64,000 bases of DNA from Octopus bimaculoides (lineage: Eukaryota). Below are positions 24,508 through 37,948 of the stretch, in pieces. Within the stretch, counting starts at the first letter, position 1. The number at the start of each line of letters is the position of its first letter. Below the pieces are notes generated by a model. The model had not been told where the DNA came from. It made no database searches and saw only the letters and a list, made by a program, of their open reading frames with translations. Made by a program: the position numbers and the translations under genes. The stretch covers positions 65,351,135-65,415,134 of the forward strand of contig NC_068989.1 in NCBI RefSeq assembly GCF_001194135.2, given 5' to 3'.

Positions 24508-24740
24508 ACACAAGTATAGCTACTTCTACTATTTCTTCCATTAGCAAATTGCAATTAAAGGGTTACATTGCCGTACTTAAATGTCATGCTATATATTTAG
24601 CTTTGGTTATGTATATTCTGGATTCACAATCTCCCCGGTGTGGATGAAAAAAAGTACCACTCGGATTGATTTCTTTGCCTGTAAAACCACTGCACATTTG
24701 AAGACTTGTGTCTGGATTAAACAATACAATCGTTGTTATT

Positions 24741-24933
24741 AAGGCAGCGAGCAGGCAGAATTGTAAGCACGCCGGGCAAAATGCTTAGCGGCATTTCGTC
24801 TGTCTTTATGTTCTGAGTTCAAATTCAACCGAGGTCGACTTTGCTTTTCGTCCTTGGAGTCCATAAAATAAGTACCAGTTGATCACAGGCGTCGATGTAG
24901 TCTACTTACTCCTACTCCGAAATTACTGAAACC
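24741..24933 (+). mobile_element. SINE family B
   Basis: aaggcagcgagcaggcagaa...gttctgagttcaaattc..ccgaggtcgactttgc...ataagtaccagt. Multi-copy within the window. Confidence 0.88.
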
Positions 24934-25123
24934 ACTGCAATGATTGTCATCATATCCTCATCTGCAATGCCATCAGCATCATTATCATCATCGAATTTTT
25001 AGTAGATGAGATTCATGATAATGGTGATGATGATCATCATCAGCATCAGCATCATGACTGAGGATTATTACTTTCTGTTGCTTTTGCTGCTATTATTGAT
25101 GGAGATTATAATAATTCTTTTTC

Positions 25124-25440
25124 CAGTGCTTCTCAACCACTTTTTTTTTTTAATATGGACCCCTTTAATTTCCATTTTATTCTGGTAGATCCCCATAGGC
25201 ATTCGACTAGTTTTATGATATTTCTTTCAGAATTCCTGTTTTGCTTTTCAAACATTCGCTTCTGAATATTTACAACATGTCAGAGAACATGTTATGACAA
25301 TAAATATATCTAAAGCAAAATATTATCATGCACCCTTAAAGCACGAGTATGAATCCCTAATTTACAATCTTGCTTGTGTGAACACGCCAAAAATTTTAGG
25401 TGATTTATCAAGGTTGATATGGAACCTAATTCAAAGCCAT
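25124..25440 (+). mobile_element. Possible hAT-type MITE remnant
   Basis: Begins cagtgcttctcaaccac, like hAT/Charlie termini. The right terminus is not clearly recognisable. Confidence 0.35.
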
Positions 25441-25448
25441 TGCTCCTG

Positions 25449-25650
25449 ACACGAGGCGTGAAATTTGAGGCGGCAGGGAGAGGTTAGTCTACTACATGGA
25501 ACCCAGTGTTCAACTGGTACTTTTTTTATCCACCTCGAAAGGATGAATGATGAAGTCTACTTTTGTGGAATGTGAGCTCAGAACATAAAGAGCCAAAGAA
25601 AATGTCGTTAAGCCATTCGTTCGGCACGGCGACGAATCTGCCAGCTCGCC
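25449..25650 (-). mobile_element. SINE family B
   Basis: Reverse-complement alignment to 24741-24933. Confidence 0.8.
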
Positions 25651-25935
25651 GACTTCAAGGTGACGATAATCATGCTAATGATAATTATAACGAAGCCAAT
25701 GCTCATTTCGACATGTATATTAACTCATTCGCACATTTCTTTCCTGGTTTGCTTTTCAACGAGAACCTTTATTGCGTTTTGCTCAGATGGAAATGAATAT
25801 CAAGCTCTATTGCAACAGAAAAGAAAAGAAAAAAAATGAAATAATAAATAATAATAAAACTTGATGGTTTTCTCGTGTTAACATCTGCGTTGTTATTTTC
25901 ATACTTGTGACTTTACTTCATTTATTACAATTTAC

Positions 25936-25968
<33 letters not shown>

Positions 25969-25970
25969 GC

Positions 25971-26001
<31 letters not shown>

Positions 26002-27388
26002 ATTGCTGTTTGTCTGTTAGACTACTGTAGACATATTTACATTTCAATAGGCTGTAGCTTTCCTGTCAATATTCGGATCCCCGAGAAATTTGCATTGAGA
26101 TGAAAAACACAAAAAATCATGATAGCAAATATCTAAATACAAATATGGAGGTGATGGCAGTGACGGTGAACTAGTTATTTCGATAATAATAACTACAGAA
26201 AATCTGCATTAATGCTTGGTAAAATGTATTTAACGTCAAAGTGACCGTAACCCTTTCTGATCAAATGCAATATAATAATGCCCAGAGAATTCACACTGAT
26301 AGCATTCATTGCTATAATCTTTTATATTACTGAAACGTGTAAATGAATATATTTCCTTTATATTTGCCGTTATTTCAATCAATGCTTCTCAAAGAACTGG
26401 TATATGTGTAGAAAAACCTTCAGCAAACAACAAGCCTACACTGTTTCGCTATGGTCTGCTACTTCATATCTACGAAAATGAAATATAGATGCACACATGA
26501 ACAGCTGTGTAAACAAATGCATGTACTATACATATACACGTATACACATGCCTGTACAAGGGTAAAAGGCTGAATATGAGGAGAACATGTATGTATACCT
26601 ATTTACAAGAACATAACATCTATACTTTTTTTTTATGAATATGTATGAATATGTAAATGCACTTATACATGGACACCCTGACATTTATATAGGTATATGT
26701 GTGCTTGTGTGTGTGAGTTTGTGAGAGTGTGTGTATCTGTGTGTGTATGCAAATATATATACGTATATATATATATATATATATATATATNNNNNNNNNN
26801 NNNNNNNNNNNNNNNNNNNNNNNNNNNNNNNNNNNNNNNNNNNNNNNNNNNNNNNNNNNNNNNNNNNNNNNNNNNNNNNNNNNNNNNNNNNNNNNNNNNN
26901 NNNNNNNNNNNNNNNNNNNNNNNNNNNNNNNNNNNNNNNNNNNNNNNNNNNNNNNNNNNNNNNNNNNNNNNNNNNNNNNNNNNNNNNNNNNNNNNNNNNN
27001 NNNNNNNNNNNNNNNNNNNNNNNNNNNNNNNNNNNNNNNNNNNNNNNNNNNNNNNNNNNNNNNNNNNNNNNNNNNNNNNNNNNNNNNNNNNNNNNNNNNN
27101 NNNNNNNNNNNNNNNNNNNNNNNNNNNNNNNNNNNNNNNNNNNNNNNNNNNNNNNNNNNNNNNNNNNNNNNNNNNNNNNNNNNNNNNNNNNNNNNNNNNN
27201 NNNNNNNNNNNNNNNNNNNNNNNNNNNNNNNNNNNNNNNNNNNNNNNNNNNNNNNNNNNNNNNNNNNNNNNNNNNNNNNNNNNNNNNNNNNNNNNNNNNN
27301 NNNNNNNNNNNNNNNNNNNNNNNNNNNNNNNNNNNNNNNNNNNNNNNNNNNNNNNNNNNNNNNNNNNNNNNNNNNNNNNNNNNNNNNN

Positions 27389-27433
<45 letters not shown>

Positions 27434-27943
27434 TAGTCATAGGCATATGTTTTTTGTGTGTATGTGAAAGGCTGATTATATACATCTATATATTCATATA
27501 TATATTCATAATAATATGTCTGTAAGCGTGTGTTCGTATGTATATGTATATGTATATATATATATTGTGTGTGTGTGTGCGTGCGTGTGGGTGTGTATGT
27601 GCGCGCGCGCGTAAAAGTGTCGTCCGTTAAGGGTTCACATTGGCAAAGCTCTAGTACAGACTTAGCTGTAGTGGATAAACTAAGTAAAGACCTATAGAAC
27701 GTCATACATAGCAGAATTGATTTAACACTGTCATCTTTGTTAAGTATGGGAGGTAACTCCTAACTAACTTGACTTCGTTGGAGATCATCAACAGGAGAGT
27801 AGCCTTAGTGTAATTTCGAGAAGTATTAGATATCGGGTTTCTTAAACAAATTTGCAAAATATATATATATTTATTTGTCTACAATATGATAAATAGCAAG
27901 CTGTTTTATTTTTCTGAGATACTAACTGATAGGTACTTACTCC

Positions 27944-28308
27944 TTACTCTTTTACTCTTTTACTTGTTTCAGTCATTTGACTGCTGCCATGCAAATCAAC
28001 CCCCAGGACTTATTCTTTGGAAGCCTAGTACTTATTCTATCGGTCTCTTTTGCCGAACCGATAAGTTACGGGGACGTAAACACACCACCATCGGTTGACA
28101 CAAACATACACACACACACATACATACACATATATACATATATACGACGGGCTTCTTTCAGTTTCCGTCCACCAAATCCACTCACAAGGCTTTGGTCGGC
28201 CCGAAGCTATAGTAGAAGACACTTGCCCAAGGTGCCACGCAGTGGGAATGAACCCGGAACCATGTGGTTGGTAAGCAAGTTACTTACCATACAGCCACTC
28301 TTGCGCCT
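27944..28308 (-). mobile_element. SINE family A, near full length with small internal deletion
   Basis: Reverse complement of 13476-13865 at high identity. The 5' end aggcgcaagagtggctgt is intact. Confidence 0.93.
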
Positions 28309-28607
28309 ATAAATTTAATAGGTGGAAATGTAGTATTTGTATCATATTGCGTGTGTGAGTGTGTGTGTTACATTGCGTGTGTATGGGTTTGTTACATTGT
28401 GTGTGTGTGTTGCATGTGTCTGTGTTCGTGTTAAAACTGCAATATATATCGGAGTGACGCGAACATCGTCTTAGCAGTGACTGAAGAGGATGTCAGATGC
28501 GTTGAAGCCTTTTGAATGGGGAAAAATTTCTAATAGGCATATTTTAACGTCTAAAACGGCCGAAATATAGCTGACGTTCTTGTGAGAACCGCTGCCATGA
28601 TGTTTAC

Positions 28608-28664
28608 CTCTCTCCGATATATACTGTGTTTTTAACAGGACATATCTATGAAGAGATTTTCTCT
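28608..28664 (-). CDS. Candidate small exon (phase 1-1, 57 nt)
   Basis: Acceptor ttctattgtttttggcag|AG and donor GAG|gtaaac. Reads RKSLHRYVLLKTQYISER and is phase-compatible with 22089. Confidence 0.33.
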
Positions 28665-29933
28665 CTGCCAAAAACAATAGAATTTATGGCTTTTAATGGT
28701 GTATATACGCTATGTAGACTACAGTAGTGACTTTGGTTTCGTTTTTTACTTTGGTGTTCGTGAAAAGACATTGTCATAGGAAGAATGGAAGCGCCTGCGA
28801 CACTTTTCTAAGATGACAAGGTTAATGGAGAAAAGAAGACGGTGATCCTCAAACCAATGTACTGAACTGAATGCTTGCAAGACAGCGAACGCCGTTGAAA
28901 TAACCCAAGGGATGGGTGTTGGTGTTAGTAGTGCAATGCATTAAGGCAGCTACTCAACAATAACAGCGTCTACCAAAATTCGCTAATGAGGCTTTGCTCG
29001 ATACAAGGAAAGAAGACACTTGCGCTCTTACTATTCATTTACTTCATTGTCACCCATTTTATTCTCTTACATCAATCAGCTATGTTGTATCGCAGCGCGT
29101 CAATACTGTTCTGTAATAGTACACGCGAGGTCAGAATTAAAATCAATTAACGATTTTGTGACGGAAGCTTCCAACATGAAAACGGTAGCGTTTTGTTGCG
29201 TAATATCAATTAAGCTAATCCACTGTAATGAACAACGTGAAATGGGAAGTTTTAATTTATGCAAGTATACAAGTATTAAATATACTTCTAAAGTAGTTTG
29301 TTGTCTCTCCTTAATGTTTACACTATTTTGCAGTTTTCCAAAACTTTTCGGGGACATTTATATTTTATTTAAGGTATTAATATATTTTTTTCTTCTCAAA
29401 CTTATAGGGATATAAATTCTTAAATAAAACACTCTTTATCTTTATATATTAACATATAATTGACATAAATGACTGGAATCATGATTGGAACATATCGATC
29501 TGTTTTGTTTTATTTGCAAGTTTCTGATATAACTTATTGCGGGATGAACTATCAGAACAAATTTTATATGGCAGCTCCTGCTGCTTAAAATAGCAACAAA
29601 ATCTTTCGCAAATGAAAACCATTTGTCCGATGTAATCAATGTTAAACTGACCAATATAGCCCCTGACATATATGAAAAAATGATGGGATGGTCATAAGTG
29701 GAGATATGCGATCATAGGTTTCCTCGATGTGGGTTGAACTAAACAAAGTAGAACAACAGGGCGTGTGTGTCATGGCCGGAAATATAATGGTACTAGAGTT
29801 CGATGACTAACAATCTGAAGCTAAATTAAAACTGATAATCAACTCTTCATAGTCAGTAATGAGAGTTTTAAATGCAATTAAATAAAAGCTTTTAAATTTC
29901 ATGCAATCTTAACCTTACCAATGAGGTCTCAGA

Positions 29934-29974
29934 TGTTCTGACTACACTTCACTATGTGAAGTGTAATCAGAACA
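29934..29974. other. Near-perfect 19-bp hairpin
   Basis: tgttctgactacacttcac-tat-gtgaagtgtaatcagaaca. The single mismatch is a G:U pair on the minus-strand RNA. Confidence 0.9.
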
Positions 29975-31600
29975 GCGATGGCTCATCTAGTAAAGTCAAA
30001 TAAAATACATACGAGAAAGTTTATTAAATCTGAAAACTTGACAAGAGTATTCAATGACACTGTGTATATACATGCATTTGTTTGCTTGCGTGTGTTTGAG
30101 AGTGGTACTCAAGTTTTGTATATTTGAAGACGAGACTGACTAGAAATTATTAATTTGGTTGAAGTTGAGACTTTTGTATTTTCTAATGGAGCAAATGATT
30201 AGTTACTCTACTAATGAGACATGTGTGTGTGTGTATGTGTGTGTGTGTGTATGTGTGTGTGTGTGTGTGTTTATGTATCGGTAATAGCGTTTCTTTGTGA
30301 GTATGTGTCTTGTATTACGTCTTGTCTAAAGATGTACGTCAGTTTCTATTTTATTTCACAGATGAGTACAATAATCTTAGACTCAAGAATAAAGACAAAA
30401 CATTGTAAAACCAATATTTAATGAAATTTTAGAAAAACAAAATTATGCCTATTGCAGCGTTTTCTGCCGCAGTGCAATTGTCATAAATTATTTAGAATTA
30501 ATAAGATGCTTTTATCGAGAATTTAATGTGTATTATTACGTAAAGATTCACTGGTATATTTCTTGCTTTAGAAAATGGAAGTAAAATGTTAAATAAAACA
30601 AGACAAAAAAACAGCTAGTGAATTGATAAGAATTCTTTTGCAAGAAAATACTTTAAGGCAATAAACTTAATCACTTTTTCTTTAGCGTAAAATGTGTTTC
30701 CTTCATCGTCCATTTCTTTTTACATTCGCTTCAGTCCAAATTTACACTGCACTACACTCCAATTCTTTTCGTTTTTCCGTTACTAATGAATAATTCAAGA
30801 GAAATCACAACATCGCTGCCCTGTTCTCTAAATCGTTCCTGTTATTTATATTTAATTGTTTACTTTCTTTCCGTTTCTTCAGTCTTTCTTGTCTCCTATC
30901 GCCAACCACTTCCCTTCTTTTCTCTTTCCCACCTTACACTTAAACGAATAGCAACATCCTTTTTTCCTTTCTTTCACTGCCCCAAACACGAAATATTATG
31001 AGCTCTCTTACTACATGTGGCTTCTGCATTGATGAATTTCTTCAACAACAAAATACACAAATAAATAAATAAAGCCAAAGAAGGTAGAAATAAATGAATA
31101 TCACGTTTGTTTTATTAACAATTGTTGAATCATTCCTTGCAGACACGATGTGAACATGACCGGCGTTGGAAAATCTTGTTTAAACGTAATTAATCAGATG
31201 GAAGACATATAATTAAAATAGTAACATACATGTTGCCTATTTAACTGCAAGCTAAATTTCAACTTTACTTGCATTATGTTTTCAAACTGTTTCGGCTATA
31301 TGTTTCGCGAGATTGATTTAGTGTAGGCATTTGCGGACGTCGACTGGAGATTAAAATAGTGAATGCGATAATAGATTTTGTTTCATAATTGAAAGAATTC
31401 ACCGCCGGCATATTGCATTTGAATAGTGTGTTATTTATAGGCAGAAAATTTGTGATATATAATACCTAATTTCTACCAAAATATGATGAGCGGGTGGCTT
31501 ACCAAGACATTTATGTTTTAAAAAGATTATATTTTACACCAAGTTAAAGAAATGAGACTTTACTAAATCAACATAGAAGCATCAAAACTAATATAACATA

Positions 31601-31603
<3 letters not shown>

Positions 31604-31684
<81 letters not shown>
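31604..31684. repeat. (TG)n microsatellite
   Basis: Directly visible. Confidence 0.98.
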
Positions 31685-31688
<4 letters not shown>

Positions 31689-34114
31689 CATTGATGATAA
31701 TCATGAATGAACTTTAAATCACAGAATATCATTGGGGAAAGAAATGATAATCAAACATTCTGACGTTTATTTTATTATAACGGTTTTGTTCAATAAAATA
31801 ACAAACAGCAGATAGATAATAAGATCATTTCTCAGTTATCAAGTAGAATGGGAAATTAATTTTCTGATAAATGATCTTAATACTCTCATAAAACATTTGT
31901 ATTTCTCTATGAAAGTTATCCATACTTAATATTTTTATGTTTCATTTACTCTTCGTTAGCTTTATAACATTCAACTGGTCAGGAAAAAAATAACCAAAAT
32001 AACTAATTTTTTAGTATATAGGGAATATTTCAACAAAATAATTATTGAATTAAAATAAAAATCGGTCGATGGATATTATATTGTGTCTATATTTCAAAAA
32101 TTGATTTCTATTTGAAAGTGTTATATTATCTTTTTACAAATATAATAAATATAATGCTAGTTTTTAAGATAAAACTGTTTTTATTCGCTCCAATCAACGT
32201 ACGTTGTCTTCAAAATTTACATACTGTAATTGTAAATATTATTACGAAAAGGCAGCGTGTCGGCGAAATCATTTGTCGAAAAAAGTGCTTCACAGCATTT
32301 TTTCCTGCTCTTTCCATTCTGCTTTCAAATGCCGTCGAGGTAGACTCTGCCTGCCATATTTTCAGTCTTTATAAAATAATGTACCATTTAACTATTGAGA
32401 TCCGCAGAGTCCACTAACACCTTCCCCTCAACATTTGAAGCTTTGTATATAATTCAGAAACCATAAATATTATTATAAAGGTATAATTTTATATTGACGA
32501 GACATAGCATAGGTACCAAAGCATCAACTAGATATCGTAAACTCGAGTGTCGTTATTTCTTTTCCTAGTGGGTACGTCCAGGTGAAGCCGATGGCGTGTA
32601 CAGGTCTCGGTGGTAGTTGTAAATATTCAGTCATTTAGTCAATCTCTAGGAAATATATAAGTCCCACCACTGTCATATAGTTAAATAGTGAGACGGCATA
32701 TATGTGGTATATCTTAATTTTAGAACTGCTTTCTTAGTACAGAATGTCTCCTGTGTCCAAGACTAATGGTATATTATCCAACTCTTTTCTGCCAAATATG
32801 ATTATTATTACTTTTCAGCTCAAGAAAGCCAGTTTACATAATTCTCGAGGTCATCGGAATAAATGTTTTTCTAATGTTTCTTGAGACTCTATACGTTTCC
32901 ATTTCAAATCCCTCTGAGGTACTGAGGTCGTTGATATCACCTAACCAACTCGACTAAAAAATTCTGGTCTTGTTTCAAAATCAATAGCCATTACTAAATT
33001 ACAACTGTTTAATTTCGGAATCCAGATCCCATCGATAATAGTCAAATACGTCATCGTTGTAACAATCCTAACTGTTGGCCCTAAATTATGGCCTTGTGCT
33101 TACGATAGAAATAATTATCATCATTATTAATTATTGAAGAAATTGATTAGTTTGTGATATCAAAACCATACATATTCTTATGCTATATGAGTATATAACA
33201 GACAAGTTTAAGAGGTACACTTATAAAAATTTATTTCTCAGCAGCTCCACAGAGTTTGTTCTAAAGATCTTATATCCGTTGACCCTGTTTACAGAAGACA
33301 TTTTCACCAGCGTAGGAGATACAATGTATGTGAGACATTCAGCAAAATGAATCATTGGAATTGGAAGAATATATCTTTAAGCAGGAACGTCGGAATTCAA
33401 ATTAAAATGCCTAATTTTGACAATGTTCTGCATGTTTCTTTTTGTATTTTTAACAGCTTCAATTAGGCAATGGATAAAATCTTTTACAATATTTACTTTC
33501 TCTTTTATTGTACATTTGTAAAACATCGGTTTAGATATGCTACTTTTTTTCTTTACTATATTACAATGCTAGTGTTCTACTGATCCAGTATTAATAACAT
33601 TCTATCAAAAACTGCTTATTTAGCGGATTTCCAAATTTGTTGTATACATTGATACAGCTCTTATTATTCGAGTGAAAATTTACTTTTTATTCTTTGAATT
33701 AGTTAGTCTTCACTCTTATTGTGTCATTGTCTTCGCTTACGAATCTAATTCTTTTATATTTAGACCAACTTAGACATTCATTTATTCCGTTGCAACGTAT
33801 ATAAGGTGAAAGACTAAAACATAAAATACATGTATGCATCAATATTCTTTAGGTTTGCACTTGGGGAGTGAAAGCGCTGGCTAAGGCGACGATCAGAGTA
33901 GTGTTCTGGCTAAAACATCTGTAGGTGTGATGACAGAGACGAAACTAGCAGCCGCCGATGTAGAACAAGAACAGTATATAATTTGCTTACGTATTTGTAA
34001 AATAATATAATAATTACAGAAAAGAGAGCACGAAGATTTTCTTCATCTGTAAAGTGATAGTTTTATTTTCATCGTAAAACATTGTCGATCTTCTATCTAC
34101 AATGTGCATAATTA

Positions 34115-34151
<37 letters not shown>

Positions 34152-34186
34152 GCGTATACATATATACATACATGAATACACATATA

Positions 34187-34231
<45 letters not shown>

Positions 34232-34250
34232 ATTTATATATAATTATTGT

Positions 34251-34467
34251 TATTCTTTTATTTGTTTCAGTCATTTGACTGCGGCGATGCTGGAGCAGCG
34301 CTTTTACTCGAACAAATCGACCCCAGGACTTATTCATTATAAGCCTAGTACTTATTCTATCGGATTCCTTTTGCCGAACCACTAAGTTACGGGTACGTAA
34401 AGACACCAACATCAGTTGTCAAGCGATGGTGGGGAATAAACACAGACATATAAACATATATATATAT
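34251..34467 (-). mobile_element. SINE family A 3' half, ending at a gap in its internal (TA)n
   Basis: Reverse-complement match to 13630-13865. Confidence 0.9.
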
Positions 34468-35391
34468 NNNNNNNNNNNNNNNNNNNNNNNNNNNNNNNNN
34501 NNNNNNNNNNNNNNNNNNNNNNNNNNNNNNNNNNNNNNNNNNNNNNNNNNNNNNNNNNNNNNNNNNNNNNNNNNNNNNNNNNNNNNNNNNNNNNNNNNNN
34601 NNNNNNNNNNNNNNNNNNNNNNNNNNNNNNNNNNNNNNNNNNNNNNNNNNNNNNNNNNNNNNNNNNNNNNNNNNNNNNNNNNNNNNNNNNNNNNNNNNNN
34701 NNNNNNNNNNNNNNNNNNNNNNNNNNNNNNNNNNNNNNNNNNNNNNNNNNNNNNNNNNNNNNNNNNNNNNNNNNNNNNNNNNNNNNNNNNNNNNNNNNNN
34801 NNNNNNNNNNNNNNNNNNNNNNNNNNNNNNNNNNNNNNNNNNNNNNNNNNNNNNNNNNNNNNNNNNNNNNNNNNNNNNNNNNNNNNNNNNNNNNNNNNNN
34901 NNNNNNNNNNNNNNNNNNNNNNNNNNNNNNNNNNNNNNNNNNNNNNNNNNNNNNNNNNNNNNNNNNNNNNNNNNNNNNNNNNNNNNNNNNNNNNNNNNNN
35001 NNNNNNNNNNNNNNNNNNNNNNNNNNNNNNNNNNNNNNNNNNNNNNNNNNNNNNNNNNNNNNNNNNNNNNNNNNNNNNNNNNNNNNNNNNNNNNNNNNNN
35101 NNNNNNNNNNNNNNNNNNNNNNNNNNNNNNNNNNNNNNNNNNNNNNNNNNNNNNNNNNNNNNNNNNNNNNNNNNNNNNNNNNNNNNNNNNNNNNNNNNNN
35201 NNNNNNNNNNNNNNNNNNNNNNNNNNNNNNNNNNNNNNNNNNNNNNNNNNNNNNNNNNNNNNNNNNNNNNNNNNNNNNNNNNNNNNNNNNNNNNNNNNNN
35301 NNNNNNNNNNNNNNNNNNNNNNNNNNNNNNNNNNNNNNNNNNNNNNNNNNNNNAGAGACAGAGACAGAGACAGACAGACAGACAGACATAC

Positions 35392-35460
<69 letters not shown>

Positions 35461-36690
35461 TAAGTGTGTGTATGTGTATGTGTGTGTGTGTGTGTGTGTG
35501 TACTCCTGATTTGCATTATGAATAGATTTGTACATGGAGTATATATTGAAGTTTCACTCATTCTATAACTCAAAGAAGTCTTTCGATCACATTACCGTTG
35601 CACATCTAATTACAGCTAATTCATAAAAGGCATTCTCAATATTAAAATGCGTTTGGAAAATATCCAAGGCTAATGCAACAACTCGACAGCGAAGATACCG
35701 GAATGCAAAAGGATTCGCATAAAAGCTGATGAAACGAACTGCAGCAAATTTTCTCATAAGCTGCTTCACGAACGATGTTCTCGAGCTTTTATTGGGTGTC
35801 AAAAATTATACGGCATATATTATATTATATTGCTTATATTGTGGCGATACCATAGAGAAGTGCTATGCCTCCGATGTGGACTATGATTAGTAAGGCTATT
35901 TTGGGTCATTATGTAACGTTATTAGATTCGATATGGTTTGGTGTATTTTTGTTCATAATATGTTTTATACCCTTTTCTTCAACTGCTTTTGATACTGATT
36001 TTTCTTGGTACTCTATACTCGGCAAAATTCTATATCCATATACTTCTGCTTTAACAGTTGACCTTATTCATTTATTTAACCTTATTTCAGGCACTGTTTT
36101 GACCAGAAAATATCACGATGACGTCTAGAGACACTCCTAAATCATTCTATATCGCTCGAAGTGACGACCGTGCTCTGCATAGTTACAGGTTGCCTTTTGG
36201 CAAGGCGCATCACCCGGTCAGCCACCCTGTTAAGGATATGGCGAAATCATGGGATTGCAGCGCGGAGAATTGTGAAGAAGTGGCGGAAGAGCTCAACTGA
36301 GATAATTGATGCTGAGCGGAGGAATCCTAGAAGAGCAACGGTTAGGATCATCGAACTCCTATCAAGAGAGTAACAGGCAATTCGTTTAAAGGTAATGGCA
36401 TCTATTGAAGTATTCACGATGATCCAAGCTTCCGATTCAAATCCATAATAATGAAATTGGATGGAGATAGATAGAGACAAAAAAGAAAAAAAAAAATGGA
36501 ATACGTATCCTTTTGTCAAAATCGATTTAATTTGCAATTTTTGAACATACTAATCTCACATCTTATAGAGGTCGAAATCTCACTAGACGTAGCTGCCGGT
36601 TTGAACGTGTAATATCCTTGGTCTTGATGAGAGCTGGTCAACAAGAAATGATATGTTCAGTTGTCACATTTTGCTGTTTCCATATTTTTA

Positions 36691-37082
36691 TATTCTTTAT
36701 TCTGTCATTTGATTGCGGCCATGCTGGAGCACCGCCTTAAAAAGTTTTAGTCGAAGAAATCGATCTCAGGACTTAATATTTGTAAGCCTAGTACTTATTC
36801 TATCGGTCACTTTTTGCCGAATCGCTAATTTACGGGTATATAAAAACACCATCATCGGTTGTCAAGCGATGGCAGGGAGGAGGGACAACACACACTCACA
36901 CACACACACACACACATAAACACACAAACACATACATATATATACGACTGGGTTCTTTCAGTTTTCGTCTACCAAATCCACTTACAGGGCTTTAGTCGGC
37001 CCGGGGCTATAGTTAAAACACATATCCAAGGTGCCACGCAGTGGGACTAAACATAGAACCATGAGGTTGGGAAGCAAGCTTT
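36691..37082 (-). mobile_element. SINE family A
   Basis: Reverse-complement match along the full body. Confidence 0.9.
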
Positions 37083-37439
37083 AGTTAATAACTGTTATTT
37101 TAGTTTTATTCCATTTATAAAATTCTTTGTAGTTAGGTATCGCTCCGTGCATCTAAAAGCAGACAATCATTTTATGATTTTAGTACAAAAATTTTGAGAA
37201 CTTGATAGATTTCACCATGCCTTGGTTTCTTTCTTCTGAGTTATATGGCTACTGCCAACGTGCTTGCTTTCTTGTCCTTTTTTCCTTCCATATAATTTAT
37301 AATTTCCTTTCAATTTCGTCTTTCATTTTCATAACTTTTCTGTTGATTTTCCTGGTAACATTTTTATAATTTTATATGTCCCTTATAAATTCTGAAACGT
37401 TACAATGTTATTTTCATGTTACTCCTGTTATTATTATTA

Positions 37440-37502
<63 letters not shown>

Positions 37503-37503
<1 letters not shown>

Positions 37504-37697
37504 AAGGCGGCGAGCTGGACGAAATGCTTAGCAGTATTTCGCCCGTTGCTATGTTCTTAGTTCAAATTCTGCCGAGCTCAACTTTGCCTTTAAACCTTTC
37601 GGGCTCGATAAATTAAGTACCAGTGAAACACTGGGGTCGATGTAATCGACTAGTTCCCTTCCTCCAAATTTCAAGCCGTGTGCCTACAGTAGAAAGG

Positions 37698-37730
<33 letters not shown>

Positions 37731-37948
37731 GGAGCGCTGATCTGGCAGAATTGTTAAAGCGGCTTAGTGGCATTTCCCTCGGGCTTTATACATTCTGAGC
37801 TCATATCCCATCGAGGCTGACTTTGATTTTCATTCTTTCGGGGGTTGATGAACTAAGTACAAGTTGAGTATTTGGGCCATTGTAATCGAGTAGTCCCTCT
37901 CCCCTAAAATTCCACGTCTTGCGCCTATGCTAGAAAGAATTCTTCTAA
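37503..37948 (+). mobile_element. Two tandem SINE family B copies separated by (TAT)n
   Basis: Copies at 37503-37698 and 37731-37948, with (TAT)n at 37428-37501 and 37698-37730. Confidence 0.88.

Noticed and set aside
32225-32366. Minus-strand open segment LKIWQAESTSTAFESRMERAGK... with GTATGT donor
   Set aside because: Weak acceptor and no stop-free downstream partner. Kept only as a possible partner of the 29986 segment.
36091-36373. GC-richer island after a strong plus-strand acceptor
   Set aside because: All frames from the acceptor stop within 12 codons, and the short ORFs show no recognisable homology.
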